This document shows, one piece after another, positions 18,996-29,116 of a DNA stretch of 64,000 nt. Numbering within the stretch: the first letter of the stretch is position 1; every line of letters starts with the position of its first letter. Made by a program: the position numbers and the translations under genes. The notes beneath the pieces were generated by a model. It was not told where the DNA came from, did no database searches, and saw only the letters and a program-made list of their open reading frames with translations. This DNA is from an uncultured Candidatus Saccharibacteria bacterium. GTDB lineage: Bacteria > Patescibacteriota > Saccharimonadia > Saccharimonadales > 2-12-FULL-41-12. The stretch lies in the NCBI GenBank assembly GCA_947085855.1, contig CAMTYB010000001.1:149788-213787 (forward strand), written 5' to 3'.

Positions 18996-20189
18996 ATGAA
19001 ATCATTTAATTTTAAAATTAATTCGCGGCTCGGCTTAGCCCGGAGTGGCACTATGCAGACGCCGCACGGCACTATTGAAACACCAGCTTTCATTCCAGTT
19101 GGCACCCAAGCGACGCTCAAAGCACTAACTCCAGAACAGCTCGCCCAGACCGGTGCTCAGGCAGTCCTAGCAAATGCATATCATCTGTATTTGCGGCCCG
19201 GCCCAGACATTATTGAAGCCGCTGGCGGCTTAGCCAAATTTATGAACTGGGCCGGGCCCACCTTCACCGACAGTGGCGGCTTCCAGGTCATGTCACTTGG
19301 CACTGGCTTCAAGAAAGTAATCGATATGAGTGGCGAGGTTACTCAACCAGACCCCAAGCCCAAAGACCGCCTCGCCTCTATAGATAACGACGGGGTGACC
19401 TTTAAGTCTCACTTGGATGGATCACGTCATCGTTTTACGCCAGAAATTTCGATGCAAATTCAGCACAAAATTGGTGCTGACATTACCTTTGCCTTTGACG
19501 AACTAACGACGCTCCATGACAGTCGGCAATACCAAGAAGAGTCACTTGAACAGCGGACGCATCCATGGGCCGAACAATCGTTAGCAGCTCACCAGCGTCT
19601 AACGAAAGAAAATCCGGATAAGCCTTACCAAGCTTTGTTTGGAGTAATTCAAGGCGCTCAGTACGAAGACTTACGACGACAGTCAGCACGCTTTATGGCC
19701 GACCTTGACTTTGATGGCTTTGGCCTCGGCGGTGCTTTGACAAAAGAAAACTTGGGCGAGATTGTTCGTTGGATGGTCGAAGAATTGCCGGAGGAAAAGC
19801 CACGTCACATGCTCGGCATTAGTGAACCGGAGGATATCTTTGACTGCATTGAAAACGGTGCCGATACCTTTGACTGCGTATCGCCGGCCCGCATTGGGCG
19901 TAACGCGGCACTGTATTTGCCGACAGGTCGTGTCAATATCACCAATGCAAAATATAAGGCCGACTTTGCGCCGCTGGATGAAACGTGCGATTGCTATACC
20001 TGCACACATTACTCACGGGCCTATCTACATCATCTATTTAAAGCTGGCGAACTGTTATCTAACACACTCGCCACTATTCACAATGAGCACTTCATCGTTC
20101 ATCTCGTCGACCAGATCCGCCACCACATAGACGCCGGTTCACTTGCAGAATTCAAAAAAGACTGGCTCACAACCTACCGCCAGCTGTAA
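18996..20189 (+). CDS. tgt: tRNA-guanine transglycosylase (queuine tRNA-ribosyltransferase)
   Basis: TPAFIPVGT, DSGGFQV and the zinc site CDCYTCTHYSRAYLHHL. Confidence 0.95.
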   Translation: MKSFNFKINSRLGLARSGTMQTPHGTIETPAFIPVGTQATLKALTPEQLAQTGAQAVLANAYHLYLRPGPDIIEAAGGLAKFMNWAGPTFTDSGGFQVMSLGTGFKKVIDMSGEVTQPDPKPKDRLASIDNDGVTFKSHLDGSRHRFTPEISMQIQHKIGADITFAFDELTTLHDSRQYQEESLEQRTHPWAEQSLAAHQRLTKENPDKPYQALFGVIQGAQYEDLRRQSARFMADLDFDGFGLGGALTKENLGEIVRWMVEELPEEKPRHMLGISEPEDIFDCIENGADTFDCVSPARIGRNAALYLPTGRVNITNAKYKADFAPLDETCDCYTCTHYSRAYLHHLFKAGELLSNTLATIHNEHFIVHLVDQIRHHIDAGSLAEFKKDWLTTYRQL

Positions 20190-20282
20190 TTGGTCTTGGC
20201 GATTCTCCAGGCCATTTCATCCAAAATATTTTGGATGTAAGCTTTCAGAGCGGCCGGCCTTGAGAATCGCCAAGACCAATTA
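20187..20282. repeat. 96-nt palindromic element: perfect 21-nt terminal inverted repeats around an internal 20-nt palindrome
   Basis: TAATTGGTCTTGGCGATTCTC (20187-20207) pairs with GAGAATCGCCAAGACCAATTA (20262-20282). The inner palindrome is CATCCAAAATATTTTGGATG (20218-20237). The element includes the tgt stop codon. Confidence 0.7.
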
Positions 20283-20283
20283 A

Positions 20284-20313
20284 TTGACACTATCAAGTAA
20301 TCCTTACTATACT
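20284..20313 (+). promoter_or_regulatory. Candidate sigma-70-type promoter of the RND-like permease gene
   Basis: TTGACA (20284-20289), an 18-nt spacer, then TATACT (20308-20313). RBS AGAGGGAG precedes the ATG at 20339. Confidence 0.4.
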
Positions 20314-20338
20314 CAAGACAAACAGAGGGAGTAAATCT

Positions 20339-23194
20339 ATGCCTGCCAAAGCGCGCACTAAACAGAAAGCATCAACTACAACAGAGAAGAAGACGTTGTT
20401 TCAAAAAATTAGTCTTTACTTCTTTCGACGACCGCGCAAGACAGCACTTATCTGGCTAATTGTTACTATTTTTGGTGCTGTTAGTTATGGCACGCTTCTC
20501 AAGCGAGAAGGCTTCCCGAGTATCGAAACTCCTTTTGCTCTTATGAGGGGCACCTACCTTGTTAATGATCCTGCCAAAGTGGATAATGACGTCGCCAAGC
20601 CAGCCAGTGAGTATATCCTCAAGCAAAGTGGTGTTAAAGCCGTCCAGACGCAAAGTTTCGATAACTTCTACGTTGCCCAGGTTTCGTATGAAGAGTCAGT
20701 AAATGCCGAGGCAAAAAGTGCCGAGATTCAAAAGGGACTTGAAGAGAAAAATATTCTACCCGATCAAGCAACCGGCAAACTCGAAGCCTTCAAGTTCGGC
20801 TTTACCGAACGAGGCGATAACCTGGTTATCTCTTTCTACGATCCAACCAACAGTACAGATACGGCTACCTTGGCTGCAAAAGCGCGCGATGCTGCCAGGT
20901 CACTCCAAGCACAAAATCTTTCACTAGTAGAGAGCGTCTCGATCATTGAGCCATATGAAACTGCCGTTAATCCGGCCACCGGCCAACAAGAGCAAGCTCA
21001 AAAATTATTTGACCGCTATGCCAAGCGGGAAGGTGACAATAACAAGTTCTACAATTCAGTCGTTATTGGCGTCAAATCCAAACCCGGCAGCGATGAACTA
21101 GAGCTCGACAAGCAAGTCCAAGCCGCCGTCGCAACCCTTAACGATACCGGTGAATTTAAAGAATTCAAGGCCACAGTCAGTGCCAGCAATGCACCATCAA
21201 TTAACAGTCAGATAGGCGAACTACAACGCACCTTGCTGGAAGGCCTATTAGCAGTATTGATTATTGGTTCAATTGTGATTGCTATCCGTGCCTCGTTTAT
21301 TACCGTCTTATCGATGGTGACAGTTCTTGCTATCGTGAACGGCTTACTGTATGCCATCGGCTATTCTCTGAACACGATTACCTTATTTGCCTTGATTCTT
21401 GGCCTGTCCCTCATTGTCGACGACACCATCATCATGGTCGAAGCCATCGATGCCCAGCGGCGGAAACGCAAGAACCCAGAGGAAGTAGTGAAAGTTGCAA
21501 CTGGCAAAGTTGGCCGAGCCATGATTGCTGCTACTTCTACGGCTGCGCTCAGCTTCGCGCCACTCTTATTTGTAGGCGGTATTCTGGGCAGCTTTATTAG
21601 GGCTATTCCAATTACAATAATTTCAGCGCTGGTTATCAGTTTGATTGTTGCATTACTATTTATTCCATTATTTGCTCGTTACCTGCTGTTGGGCAAAAAG
21701 CAGCTCGGTAAGGAAAATGTGCATGAAGCTTCTGCTGGAGTTGAAGCTGCCATTGCTCGCTTCTTATCGTATCCAATGCTCTGGGCAAAACACTCAAAGA
21801 AAAAGTTGTTTGCGGTTGGCACAACTGCATTGATAATTGGCTTTGGCTTTATTGCAGCCGGTGGTTATATATTTAAAGAAGTCAAATTCAGCATTTTCCC
21901 GACCGATAAAGACAGTAACCAATTGAGCCTGACCTTAACGTTTGCCCCGAATACTGACATCCAGCAAGCCGAAACAGTTACCGACAAAGCCAATAAAGTT
22001 TTGACTGATTCTATCGGCAGCGACTTCAAGCAAGCGTCATACTACGGTCAAGCAGGAGTCCAAACTGCCACACTGTATGTAGAAATGAGCGACTACAAGG
22101 AGCGCGAGATCACCGCTCCTCAGATCGTCGAAAAAGCAACTGCCGCCTTCAATAATTTTGAAGGTGCTACTGTCAAAGTTGGACAGGTCGGCGCTGGACC
22201 ACCGGCTTCAGCTTTTAGCGCTCGTGTCGATTCTAGCCAAAACCGAGAAGGCGCCACCAAGCTAGGGAATGACATCACTGAATTCCTTAAAACCGTTGAA
22301 CTCAAACGAGCTGATGGCTCAATTGCTAAAATCTCAAGCGTTACACCGCCAAATCCGGCTATCTATAATCGTGATGGCAACAAAGCCTATGTGGATACCA
22401 AAGCCGAATTTGAAGACACTGACACCAGTACTCTCGTAACGTTGACTCAGCAAGCAGTTGAAAAAGAATTCCCAAAGAACAAAGTTGCTTCTTATGGCAT
22501 TGACCAAAACGCGCTGAGCTTTAACTTTGGCCAAGAAGACGAAAACCAAGACAGCTTTAAGACACTGGCGATTGCGTTCCCACTACTGCTTGTTGTGATC
22601 TACGTATTGCTAGCTGCTCAGTTCCGCAGCTTACTACAGCCACTACTCATATTTATGGCTATACCGTTCAGCTTATTCGGTATCGCCCTTGGCCTGTACC
22701 TGACCAATAATCCGTTCAGCTTCTTTACGATGCTTGGCTTCTTTGCCCTGATTGGCTTGAGTATTAAAAATACAATCCTGCTGACAGACTACGCAAACCA
22801 ATCCAGACGAGCTGGCATGGGCGCTGTTGATGCGGCTCACGAGGCCCTAGCAGAGCGCTTCCGCCCATTGATTGCCACCAGCTTAACTGCAGTGGTCTCG
22901 CTCATACCATTGGCTCTGACGAGCCCATTCTGGGAAGGTCTCGCTGTAGTCTTGATCTGCGGTCTACTGTCGAGCACATTCCTCGTTATTACCGTCTTCC
23001 CATACTATTACTTGGGTAGTGAATACTTGCGAAGCCGCTTTAGCCGCAAAATTGCTCTGCTGTGGATTATCGCCAGCATTGCGCTCATAGTCTTACTTGC
23101 TCAGGCAGGTTTTGGGGGCGCCACAGCTCTAGCGCCACTTGTAGTAGCCATCGTACTCTACGTTTTCAAGCGACGTAAATTCATCCTGAATTAG
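20339..23194 (+). CDS. RND-superfamily (AcrB/MMPL-like) transporter permease
   Basis: 951 aa with two 6-TM bundles separated by large extracytoplasmic domains. No adjacent adaptor or outer-membrane partner. Confidence 0.85.
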   Translation: MPAKARTKQKASTTTEKKTLFQKISLYFFRRPRKTALIWLIVTIFGAVSYGTLLKREGFPSIETPFALMRGTYLVNDPAKVDNDVAKPASEYILKQSGVKAVQTQSFDNFYVAQVSYEESVNAEAKSAEIQKGLEEKNILPDQATGKLEAFKFGFTERGDNLVISFYDPTNSTDTATLAAKARDAARSLQAQNLSLVESVSIIEPYETAVNPATGQQEQAQKLFDRYAKREGDNNKFYNSVVIGVKSKPGSDELELDKQVQAAVATLNDTGEFKEFKATVSASNAPSINSQIGELQRTLLEGLLAVLIIGSIVIAIRASFITVLSMVTVLAIVNGLLYAIGYSLNTITLFALILGLSLIVDDTIIMVEAIDAQRRKRKNPEEVVKVATGKVGRAMIAATSTAALSFAPLLFVGGILGSFIRAIPITIISALVISLIVALLFIPLFARYLLLGKKQLGKENVHEASAGVEAAIARFLSYPMLWAKHSKKKLFAVGTTALIIGFGFIAAGGYIFKEVKFSIFPTDKDSNQLSLTLTFAPNTDIQQAETVTDKANKVLTDSIGSDFKQASYYGQAGVQTATLYVEMSDYKEREITAPQIVEKATAAFNNFEGATVKVGQVGAGPPASAFSARVDSSQNREGATKLGNDITEFLKTVELKRADGSIAKISSVTPPNPAIYNRDGNKAYVDTKAEFEDTDTSTLVTLTQQAVEKEFPKNKVASYGIDQNALSFNFGQEDENQDSFKTLAIAFPLLLVVIYVLLAAQFRSLLQPLLIFMAIPFSLFGIALGLYLTNNPFSFFTMLGFFALIGLSIKNTILLTDYANQSRRAGMGAVDAAHEALAERFRPLIATSLTAVVSLIPLALTSPFWEGLAVVLICGLLSSTFLVITVFPYYYLGSEYLRSRFSRKIALLWIIASIALIVLLAQAGFGGATALAPLVVAIVLYVFKRRKFILN

Positions 23195-23197
23195 TAC

Positions 23198-23641
23198 TTA
23201 TTCGTGATGGTACTTGCCGCCGGCAAGCAAATTATAGCTGCGGTATAGTTGCTCCATTAAAATCAGTCGCACCAATTGATGGGGGAAGACAAGATTAGAC
23301 AGACTAATCATGGCGTCGCTTCGCGCCTTAACTTGGTCAGTCACCCCATAAGCACCACCGATAATCATAATCATATTTTTGACACCGCTGGTTTGCGCTG
23401 TATCAAGTAGACGGGCAAGAGCTTGATTGTTTACCAGCTCACCTGTTTCATCAAGCAGTACGACGTAGTCGGTCGACTTCAGGCGCTGGAGGATGCGCTG
23501 GGATTCCACTTCTTTACTCCCAGTCGGCACGAACTCAAAACGCAGCTGAGCATAGGCCTGAAGTCGTGTCTCATAAACTTTGATGGCCTGGGCGATCGTT
23601 TTGTCGTGCTTTTTACCAGCGCACAGACACGTGATATTCAT
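23198..23641 (-). CDS. rlmH: 23S rRNA (pseudouridine1915-N3)-methyltransferase RlmH (SPOUT family)
   Basis: 147 aa with RlmH-typical LLDETGE, IIGGAYG and SLSNLVFPHQLVRLILMEQLYRSY. Confidence 0.9.
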   Translation of the reverse strand: MNITCLCAGKKHDKTIAQAIKVYETRLQAYAQLRFEFVPTGSKEVESQRILQRLKSTDYVVLLDETGELVNNQALARLLDTAQTSGVKNMIMIIGGAYGVTDQVKARSDAMISLSNLVFPHQLVRLILMEQLYRSYNLLAGGKYHHE

Positions 23642-23678
23642 GCTCTTACTCTAGCGTATGCGGTCGTCAGGGGCCACT

Positions 23679-24908
23679 CTATTGCGATCGCAGTGATTCG
23701 ATCGGATCTTTGCGAGCGGCCTTAATGGCCGGTATGGTACCAAAAATAACACCGACAATCACCGCTGCTACGGCCGATATCAACACAATCGGCCAGGTAA
23801 TAGTCGGTTGGAAGTTCGTGAAAATAAGCAACACAATATTAATCATAAAGGCAAAGAAGATGCCTGCCACGGCACCCCAGACCGATAGCACCACGGCCTC
23901 CACCATAAACTGGTTATAGATTTGTCGATTGGTCGCGCCAACTGCTTTGCGAATACCAATTTCTCTAGTTCTCTCTGTTACCGATACCAGCATGACATTC
24001 ATAATACCGATACCGCCCACAAAGAGCGTGATCAAAGCCATGATGCTCACTGTATTGGTAATAACCCTAAGAAGACTATCGGTTACTGCCACAATGTCAG
24101 ATTGTCGCAAGACAGTGAAATCCTCTTGGCCACCGTGATTTTCTTTCAACGAAGTCGTCAACTGACCAATCACTGCGTCGGTCTTATTTTGGTCTTTTGG
24201 CAGAGCTAAGACTTCGTAGATCTTGAGGTCTTCGTTAACGAGAATTCGGCCAGTTTCATACGGAATAAATACGCCATTATTAAAGTTAACGTCTGGATTC
24301 AGCGGACTAACTTTGAATCGGGGCAGGACACCACGCACCACAAATTCCTGACCACGAATTTGCATAGATTTACCAATCGGAACGTTTTCCTTGAATAAAT
24401 TTTCGGCCACACCCTGACCTATAACTGCTACTCGTTTTTGGCTATCTTCGGAGTCAAAAAAGTTGCCAAATTCGATTTCTTTACCAAGCACCTGCGGCAT
24501 CTTGTGATCGGTCGCTACAATGAAACCTTCATTCATTTGACTGTCGCCAATTGCTGGCACACCGTTGATAAGACTGAAAGGCACCACACTTTCAAGTTCA
24601 GGATTTTGTTTAATTGTTTCAACGTCTTTGCTTGAGATATTGTTTGAAGACAAGAAAGAAAGCAAGTTAATACTGGTGGCTTTGCCACTGTCGTCGCGAT
24701 TCACAAGCTTACCTGGTCTGACTGTGATGAGATCGTTGCGGACTTGTTGATCAGGGCTCGCAATTTGGCGCTTGATACCTTCACCTAAACTAGCAGTTGT
24801 AATAACGCTCACAACACCAATGATGATACCGAGCATGGTCAAAAAGCTACGAAAGCGGGCAGCCCGAATTGAAGCAAGAGCAACTTTGACATATTCAGAA
24901 AATATCAT
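23679..24908 (-). CDS. MacB/FtsX-type ABC transporter permease
   Basis: N-terminal TM, a large extracytoplasmic domain and a C-terminal FtsX-like 3-TM bundle (TERTREIGIRKAVGA). Confidence 0.9.
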   Translation of the reverse strand: MIFSEYVKVALASIRAARFRSFLTMLGIIIGVVSVITTASLGEGIKRQIASPDQQVRNDLITVRPGKLVNRDDSGKATSINLLSFLSSNNISSKDVETIKQNPELESVVPFSLINGVPAIGDSQMNEGFIVATDHKMPQVLGKEIEFGNFFDSEDSQKRVAVIGQGVAENLFKENVPIGKSMQIRGQEFVVRGVLPRFKVSPLNPDVNFNNGVFIPYETGRILVNEDLKIYEVLALPKDQNKTDAVIGQLTTSLKENHGGQEDFTVLRQSDIVAVTDSLLRVITNTVSIMALITLFVGGIGIMNVMLVSVTERTREIGIRKAVGATNRQIYNQFMVEAVVLSVWGAVAGIFFAFMINIVLLIFTNFQPTITWPIVLISAVAAVIVGVIFGTIPAIKAARKDPIESLRSQ

Positions 24909-25798
24909 TTCTTTGCCCTCCGCGCCTTGGTACGTTTTGGCAGTCGGGGAGTAGTCTTCTTCTTGGCAGGCGTACGTTTGCGTGGCTTGTCATCGCCTTC
25001 TTTTGGTATGGCGCTTATCAGGGCAGAGACACTAGCCAGCTCTTCTTCCTCGATATCGGCCGGATCTTTTGGCACAAACACAACCGTCTGCTTGGCGTGT
25101 TTGGCAATTTGACCAACTTTGGTTTTCTCGTCGCGCACAACCATACCATCGTACATATACAACACACGGGTAGCATACCGAGTCAGTTCCGGATTATGAG
25201 TCACCATCAAAATCGTATTACCCATGCGGTGAACTTCGTTTAGCAATTCCATGACCAATCTGGATGATCCGCTGTCAAGGTTGCCGGTCGGCTCATCAGC
25301 AATTAAAATCTTTGGGTCGTTTACCAGTGCACGGGCGATGGTAACTCGTTGGACTTGGCCACCACTCAGCTGGTGTGGCTGGTAAAAGGCTCGGTGACCC
25401 AGTCCAACCCGTTCCAGCAACTCGTGCGCCATCTTGAGGCGGCGACCGACGCGCTTGCCCTTGTAGGCAAGAGGAAGCGCCACGTTCTCGACAGCGTTCA
25501 TTTTTGGAATCAAGCTTGAAGACTGAAATACAAAACCAATTTTGTCACGACGATTTTTGGCACGGGCGTTAGTGCGCAACTTTTCAACTGACCGACCATC
25601 GAGTCGGTACATGCCGTGCGTCGGTCGATCAAGCAAACCAATCACGTTCAGTAGCGTTGACTTGCCAGAACCGCTCGGACCCATAATGGCCACGAATTCA
25701 CCCTTTTCAATTGACAGGCTGACTTCTTCGAGGGCTACAGTTGTAGCGTCGCCAAAGCCATACAGTTTGCTGACGTCTTGTAGTTCTATAATTGGCAT
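24905..25798 (-). CDS. ABC transporter ATP-binding protein (MacB/LolD-like) with a ~60-aa Lys/Arg-rich C-terminal tail
   Basis: Walker A GPSGSGKST, signature LSGGQ, Walker B ILIADEPT. Overlaps the permease gene by 4 nt. Confidence 0.95.
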   Translation of the reverse strand: MPIIELQDVSKLYGFGDATTVALEEVSLSIEKGEFVAIMGPSGSGKSTLLNVIGLLDRPTHGMYRLDGRSVEKLRTNARAKNRRDKIGFVFQSSSLIPKMNAVENVALPLAYKGKRVGRRLKMAHELLERVGLGHRAFYQPHQLSGGQVQRVTIARALVNDPKILIADEPTGNLDSGSSRLVMELLNEVHRMGNTILMVTHNPELTRYATRVLYMYDGMVVRDEKTKVGQIAKHAKQTVVFVPKDPADIEEEELASVSALISAIPKEGDDKPRKRTPAKKKTTPRLPKRTKARRAKK

Positions 25799-25924
25799 TA
25801 GTATCTATTCTACGCCGAATAGCCACTCTATAACAGGGGTTTTTGTAGTAAAATTTTCGTAAATATGTCAAAAGATGCTGTAGAATCATAACAGCGTGCA
25901 TTTTTAATGGCGTTCTGCATCCAC

Positions 25925-26014
25925 GGAGGGGTCGCCTAGTGGCCTATGGCGCACGCTTGGAAAGCGTGTTGGGCTGAGAAGTCCTCGAGGGTTCGAATCC
26001 CTCTCCCTCCGCCA
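25925..26014 (+). tRNA. tRNA-Ser (anticodon GGA), long variable arm, encoded CCA
   Basis: Acceptor GGAGGGG/TCCCTCC. Anticodon stem CACGC/GCGTG with loop TTGGAAA. T-arm GAGGG-TTCGAAT-CCCTC. Discriminator G followed by CCA. Confidence 0.95.
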
Positions 26015-26180
26015 GCCTCAAGCAAGGAGCTTTAGCTTGTTGATTGAGGCTGTTGAAAGAGACGGGATGAGAACCGAAGGTTCGGCGAATGAGCCGCGCA
26101 GGTAAAATCGTGTTCACATGATTTTATCGAGCAGCGAAGGAGAAGTGCGAGCCAGGCGAGCACGCTATCCCTCTCCCTCC
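26015..26180 (+). other. tRNA-Ser-distal cassette ending in a 14-nt direct copy of the tRNA 3' end
   Basis: ATCCCTCTCCCTCC occurs at 25997-26010 (in the tRNA) and again at 26167-26180. Between them lie a hairpin (26015-26050) and the blocks GAACCGAAGGTTCGG, ATGAG, CGCGCAGG and TCGAGCA. Confidence 0.6.
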
Positions 26181-26264
26181 CTGTTATGCAATTGCCTTAA
26201 CAGTATTTCTTGTGCTTAAATAAAAGACAACTAACATAGAGGTGACACAAAAAAGAAGTAGGAT

Positions 26265-29114
26265 ATGCCAAGGCTACCGGTTCCAGGCTCTGATGATGGG
26301 CAATGGGGAGATCTTCTCAATGCCTTTTTGCGCGTTGAACATAATGACGACGGTTCCTTAAAGACCCCTCCGGCTCCACTCAGCACTAAAGGTCAGCCCG
26401 GCGGCCTCGCCGAGCTTGATGGCAGCGGAAAAGTACCTACGAGCCAGCTGCCTGCTGCTGCGCTAGCCGGAGACGCTACTACGAGCGACAAAGGCGTAAT
26501 CCGGCTGACAGGAGATCTAGGCGGCACTGCAGACAGCCCGACAGTACCAGACTTAGCCGGCAAAGCTAACAGTGCAGACATTCTCGTCAAGACAAGCAAC
26601 TTAAGCGATCTCAACAACTTTACTACAGCCCGGGAGAACCTTGGCGTTGAAATTGGTGTTGATGTGCAAGCCTGGGACGCAGAACTGGATACGTGGTCTA
26701 CAAAGACAGCACCGAGCGGGGTAGTAGTAGGTACTTCTGATACGCAGACACTGACTAACAAGACTCTGACGAGTCCTGCGATTACCAGTCCAACCGGCAT
26801 TACTAAGAGTGATGTAGGACTTGGTAGCGCAGACAATACCTCTGATACTAACAAACCTATCTCAACAGCCACCCAAACAGCTCTCGACCTCAAGGAAAAT
26901 ACAGCTAACAAATCTACGAGTACCAGTCTTGGCAACAGTGACACTCTTTACCCGACACAGAATGCAGTCAAGAGCTATGTTGATGGTTTGACAGGCAGTT
27001 ATCTATCGCTCTCTGGCGGGATAATGACAGGCACGCTGAATCTTGCCAACACCGCCACTGATGGAGTCGTCCTGTATAACACCTCAGATCAAACGACTGA
27101 TTATGAGCGTTTTGCCGCCAGATATACTTCAAATGCATTTTACTTAGGTCACGAGTGGGCTGGAACTGGAACCTCGAGGACAACACATATAGGCGTAGCT
27201 TCAACCGCTGGAGTCCAACTAGGTACAAACGCGGGCCGATTCATAACAATCAAGCCAGCTATGCCATTTTTCACCATAAACAGCGGTGCAACCGGTCTCA
27301 CAGGCAACCTTCTTGACTACAGTCTGTCAACCCTTAGTGCGTCTAGCAGCACCCAGACAGCCCTTGCCATCAATCCAACAATCAACCAGAGCAGTACAGC
27401 CAGCTATACTATGCTGTCAATTAACCCGAGTATTACTGCGACTGGCTCGGGTACAAACTATCTGATCGATGCGCAAACTTCATCAAGTCCGCGCTTCCAA
27501 ATTAATGCCAGTGTGGGCGCAATCAATCAGGCACTGGTATCTGCACCGAATGGCGCAGGTGATGTGGCACTGGCTATACAAAACAATGCCACCACCGCTA
27601 ACGAGACCGCTAGCCTACTGTTCTATACCACGACCAATGCTGCAGCTCCGTTTGGGCGCATTCGAACCTTGCGAGTTGATGGCGGCAATAGTCGAGTTTC
27701 TATAGCAGCAATGAACACTTCTACCTTGGTGAACCATATTCAAATGTACGGCGACACAGGGTTAATGAGCCTAGGAGCAAACAGTACCCCAGCAAATGGC
27801 CTTGTCACCATAGGATCAAACACCACAACTTCGGCTGGCGGCTTATGGTTTGGTACAGATGCAAGTCTGTACAGAAGTGGTGCAGATACTTTGCGAACGG
27901 ATGATCGATTAATCTTAAGGCCTGTTTTAAGTACGGGTGGGTATCTGTCTGGTCTTGACGTTGACAACAATCCTTCTGCTCCAACTTTACGGACAATTGG
28001 TCTCATTTCATTTGCGACCATCGGCGATGATGCAATACCGTCAAGCTGGGCAGCTGGAGTTGAGGGTAGAGTAATATCCAATGTAACAACTGGCGGCACC
28101 GTGCCTCTGGCGTATGGACTAAACTTCAGTGTAGAAAATCGCTCCAGCGGCATCATGACTGATGCACGTGGTGTAAATGTAGCGGTCGGCAACTACTCAA
28201 CAGGAACAGGTACGATAGCAAACGCATACGGAGTATATGTTGACGTCAATCAAACAGGTGCGGGCAGTGGTGCCATCACAACAGGCCATGGAGTGTACAT
28301 ACGGGATGTAAACGCTGGAACCTCTTGGGGACTTTACCAAGTTGGAACAAACGACTTTAACTATTTTGGAGGTTATGTCGGTCTTGGCGTAAATACCACA
28401 GGGAATATAGTGTCTAGGCTTACCCTTGGAGCAGCAACAGATGCTGCCGGAGGCATAGCGTTTGGCACCGACACTAACCTGTACCGGAGTGCTGCCAACG
28501 CACTCCGGACGGATGACTCATTTTGGGCAAATTATATTTACTCAGTCACTGATCTTGTGACGCGTCAGGGCGGTGGTAGCCAAGCCAAGCTGGGTTATGC
28601 TGGTCCTTCCAACGAGGCGGGCATTGCGCTCGGACAAACCGGCGACACTAACCTGTACCGAAGCGCTGCCGATACGCTCAAGACCGATGATGCACTTGTA
28701 GTAGCAGGCGGCATTGATGCAAGCTCTCAGGTGATAGCAAATGTCGCCTCACCAGCCAACCCGACAGACGCCGCTAACAAGTCATACGTTGACTCCATTC
28801 TAAACACTCAGAGTATTAGTGCGCAGACAGGCACCACCTACACGCTAGTGCTAAGCGATGCCGGCAAACTAATCACACTCGCAAATGCAGCTGCAATCAC
28901 GCTCACAGTGCCGCCCAATTCAAGCGAGGCATTTCCGGTCGGCATCCGAATTGATCTTGCACAAGTCGACGTTGGGCAAGTCACGATAGCACCGGGAGGA
29001 GGCGTGACCATCAATGCAACCCCGGGGCTTAAACTGAGCGCACAATATGCTGGCGCAACACTTATTAAAACCGCCACTGACAGTTGGCTATTATTTGGAA
29101 GTTTGGCAGCCTAA
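26265..29114 (+). CDS. Phage-tail-fibre-like / surface fibre protein, paralogue 1 (949 aa)
   Basis: N-terminus MPRLPVPGSDDGQWGDLLNAFL...GKVPTSQLPAAA. Gly/Thr/Ser/Ala-rich. Repeated DTNLYRSAA(D/N)TL(K/R)TDD motifs. PANPTDAANKSYVDS collar-like motif near the C-terminal domain. Confidence 0.8.
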   Translation: MPRLPVPGSDDGQWGDLLNAFLRVEHNDDGSLKTPPAPLSTKGQPGGLAELDGSGKVPTSQLPAAALAGDATTSDKGVIRLTGDLGGTADSPTVPDLAGKANSADILVKTSNLSDLNNFTTARENLGVEIGVDVQAWDAELDTWSTKTAPSGVVVGTSDTQTLTNKTLTSPAITSPTGITKSDVGLGSADNTSDTNKPISTATQTALDLKENTANKSTSTSLGNSDTLYPTQNAVKSYVDGLTGSYLSLSGGIMTGTLNLANTATDGVVLYNTSDQTTDYERFAARYTSNAFYLGHEWAGTGTSRTTHIGVASTAGVQLGTNAGRFITIKPAMPFFTINSGATGLTGNLLDYSLSTLSASSSTQTALAINPTINQSSTASYTMLSINPSITATGSGTNYLIDAQTSSSPRFQINASVGAINQALVSAPNGAGDVALAIQNNATTANETASLLFYTTTNAAAPFGRIRTLRVDGGNSRVSIAAMNTSTLVNHIQMYGDTGLMSLGANSTPANGLVTIGSNTTTSAGGLWFGTDASLYRSGADTLRTDDRLILRPVLSTGGYLSGLDVDNNPSAPTLRTIGLISFATIGDDAIPSSWAAGVEGRVISNVTTGGTVPLAYGLNFSVENRSSGIMTDARGVNVAVGNYSTGTGTIANAYGVYVDVNQTGAGSGAITTGHGVYIRDVNAGTSWGLYQVGTNDFNYFGGYVGLGVNTTGNIVSRLTLGAATDAAGGIAFGTDTNLYRSAANALRTDDSFWANYIYSVTDLVTRQGGGSQAKLGYAGPSNEAGIALGQTGDTNLYRSAADTLKTDDALVVAGGIDASSQVIANVASPANPTDAANKSYVDSILNTQSISAQTGTTYTLVLSDAGKLITLANAAAITLTVPPNSSEAFPVGIRIDLAQVDVGQVTIAPGGGVTINATPGLKLSAQYAGATLIKTATDSWLLFGSLAA

Positions 29115-29116
29115 GC

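Noticed and set aside
26061-26093. Hammerhead-ribozyme-like string GGGAUGAG-GAACC..GGUUC-GGCGAAUGAG in the tRNA-Ser cassette
   Set aside because: The CUGANGA and GAAA core elements are not in the required arrangement around the stem. The homologous tRNA-Glu cassette lacks the upstream GAUGAG. No cleavage-site helix can be drawn.
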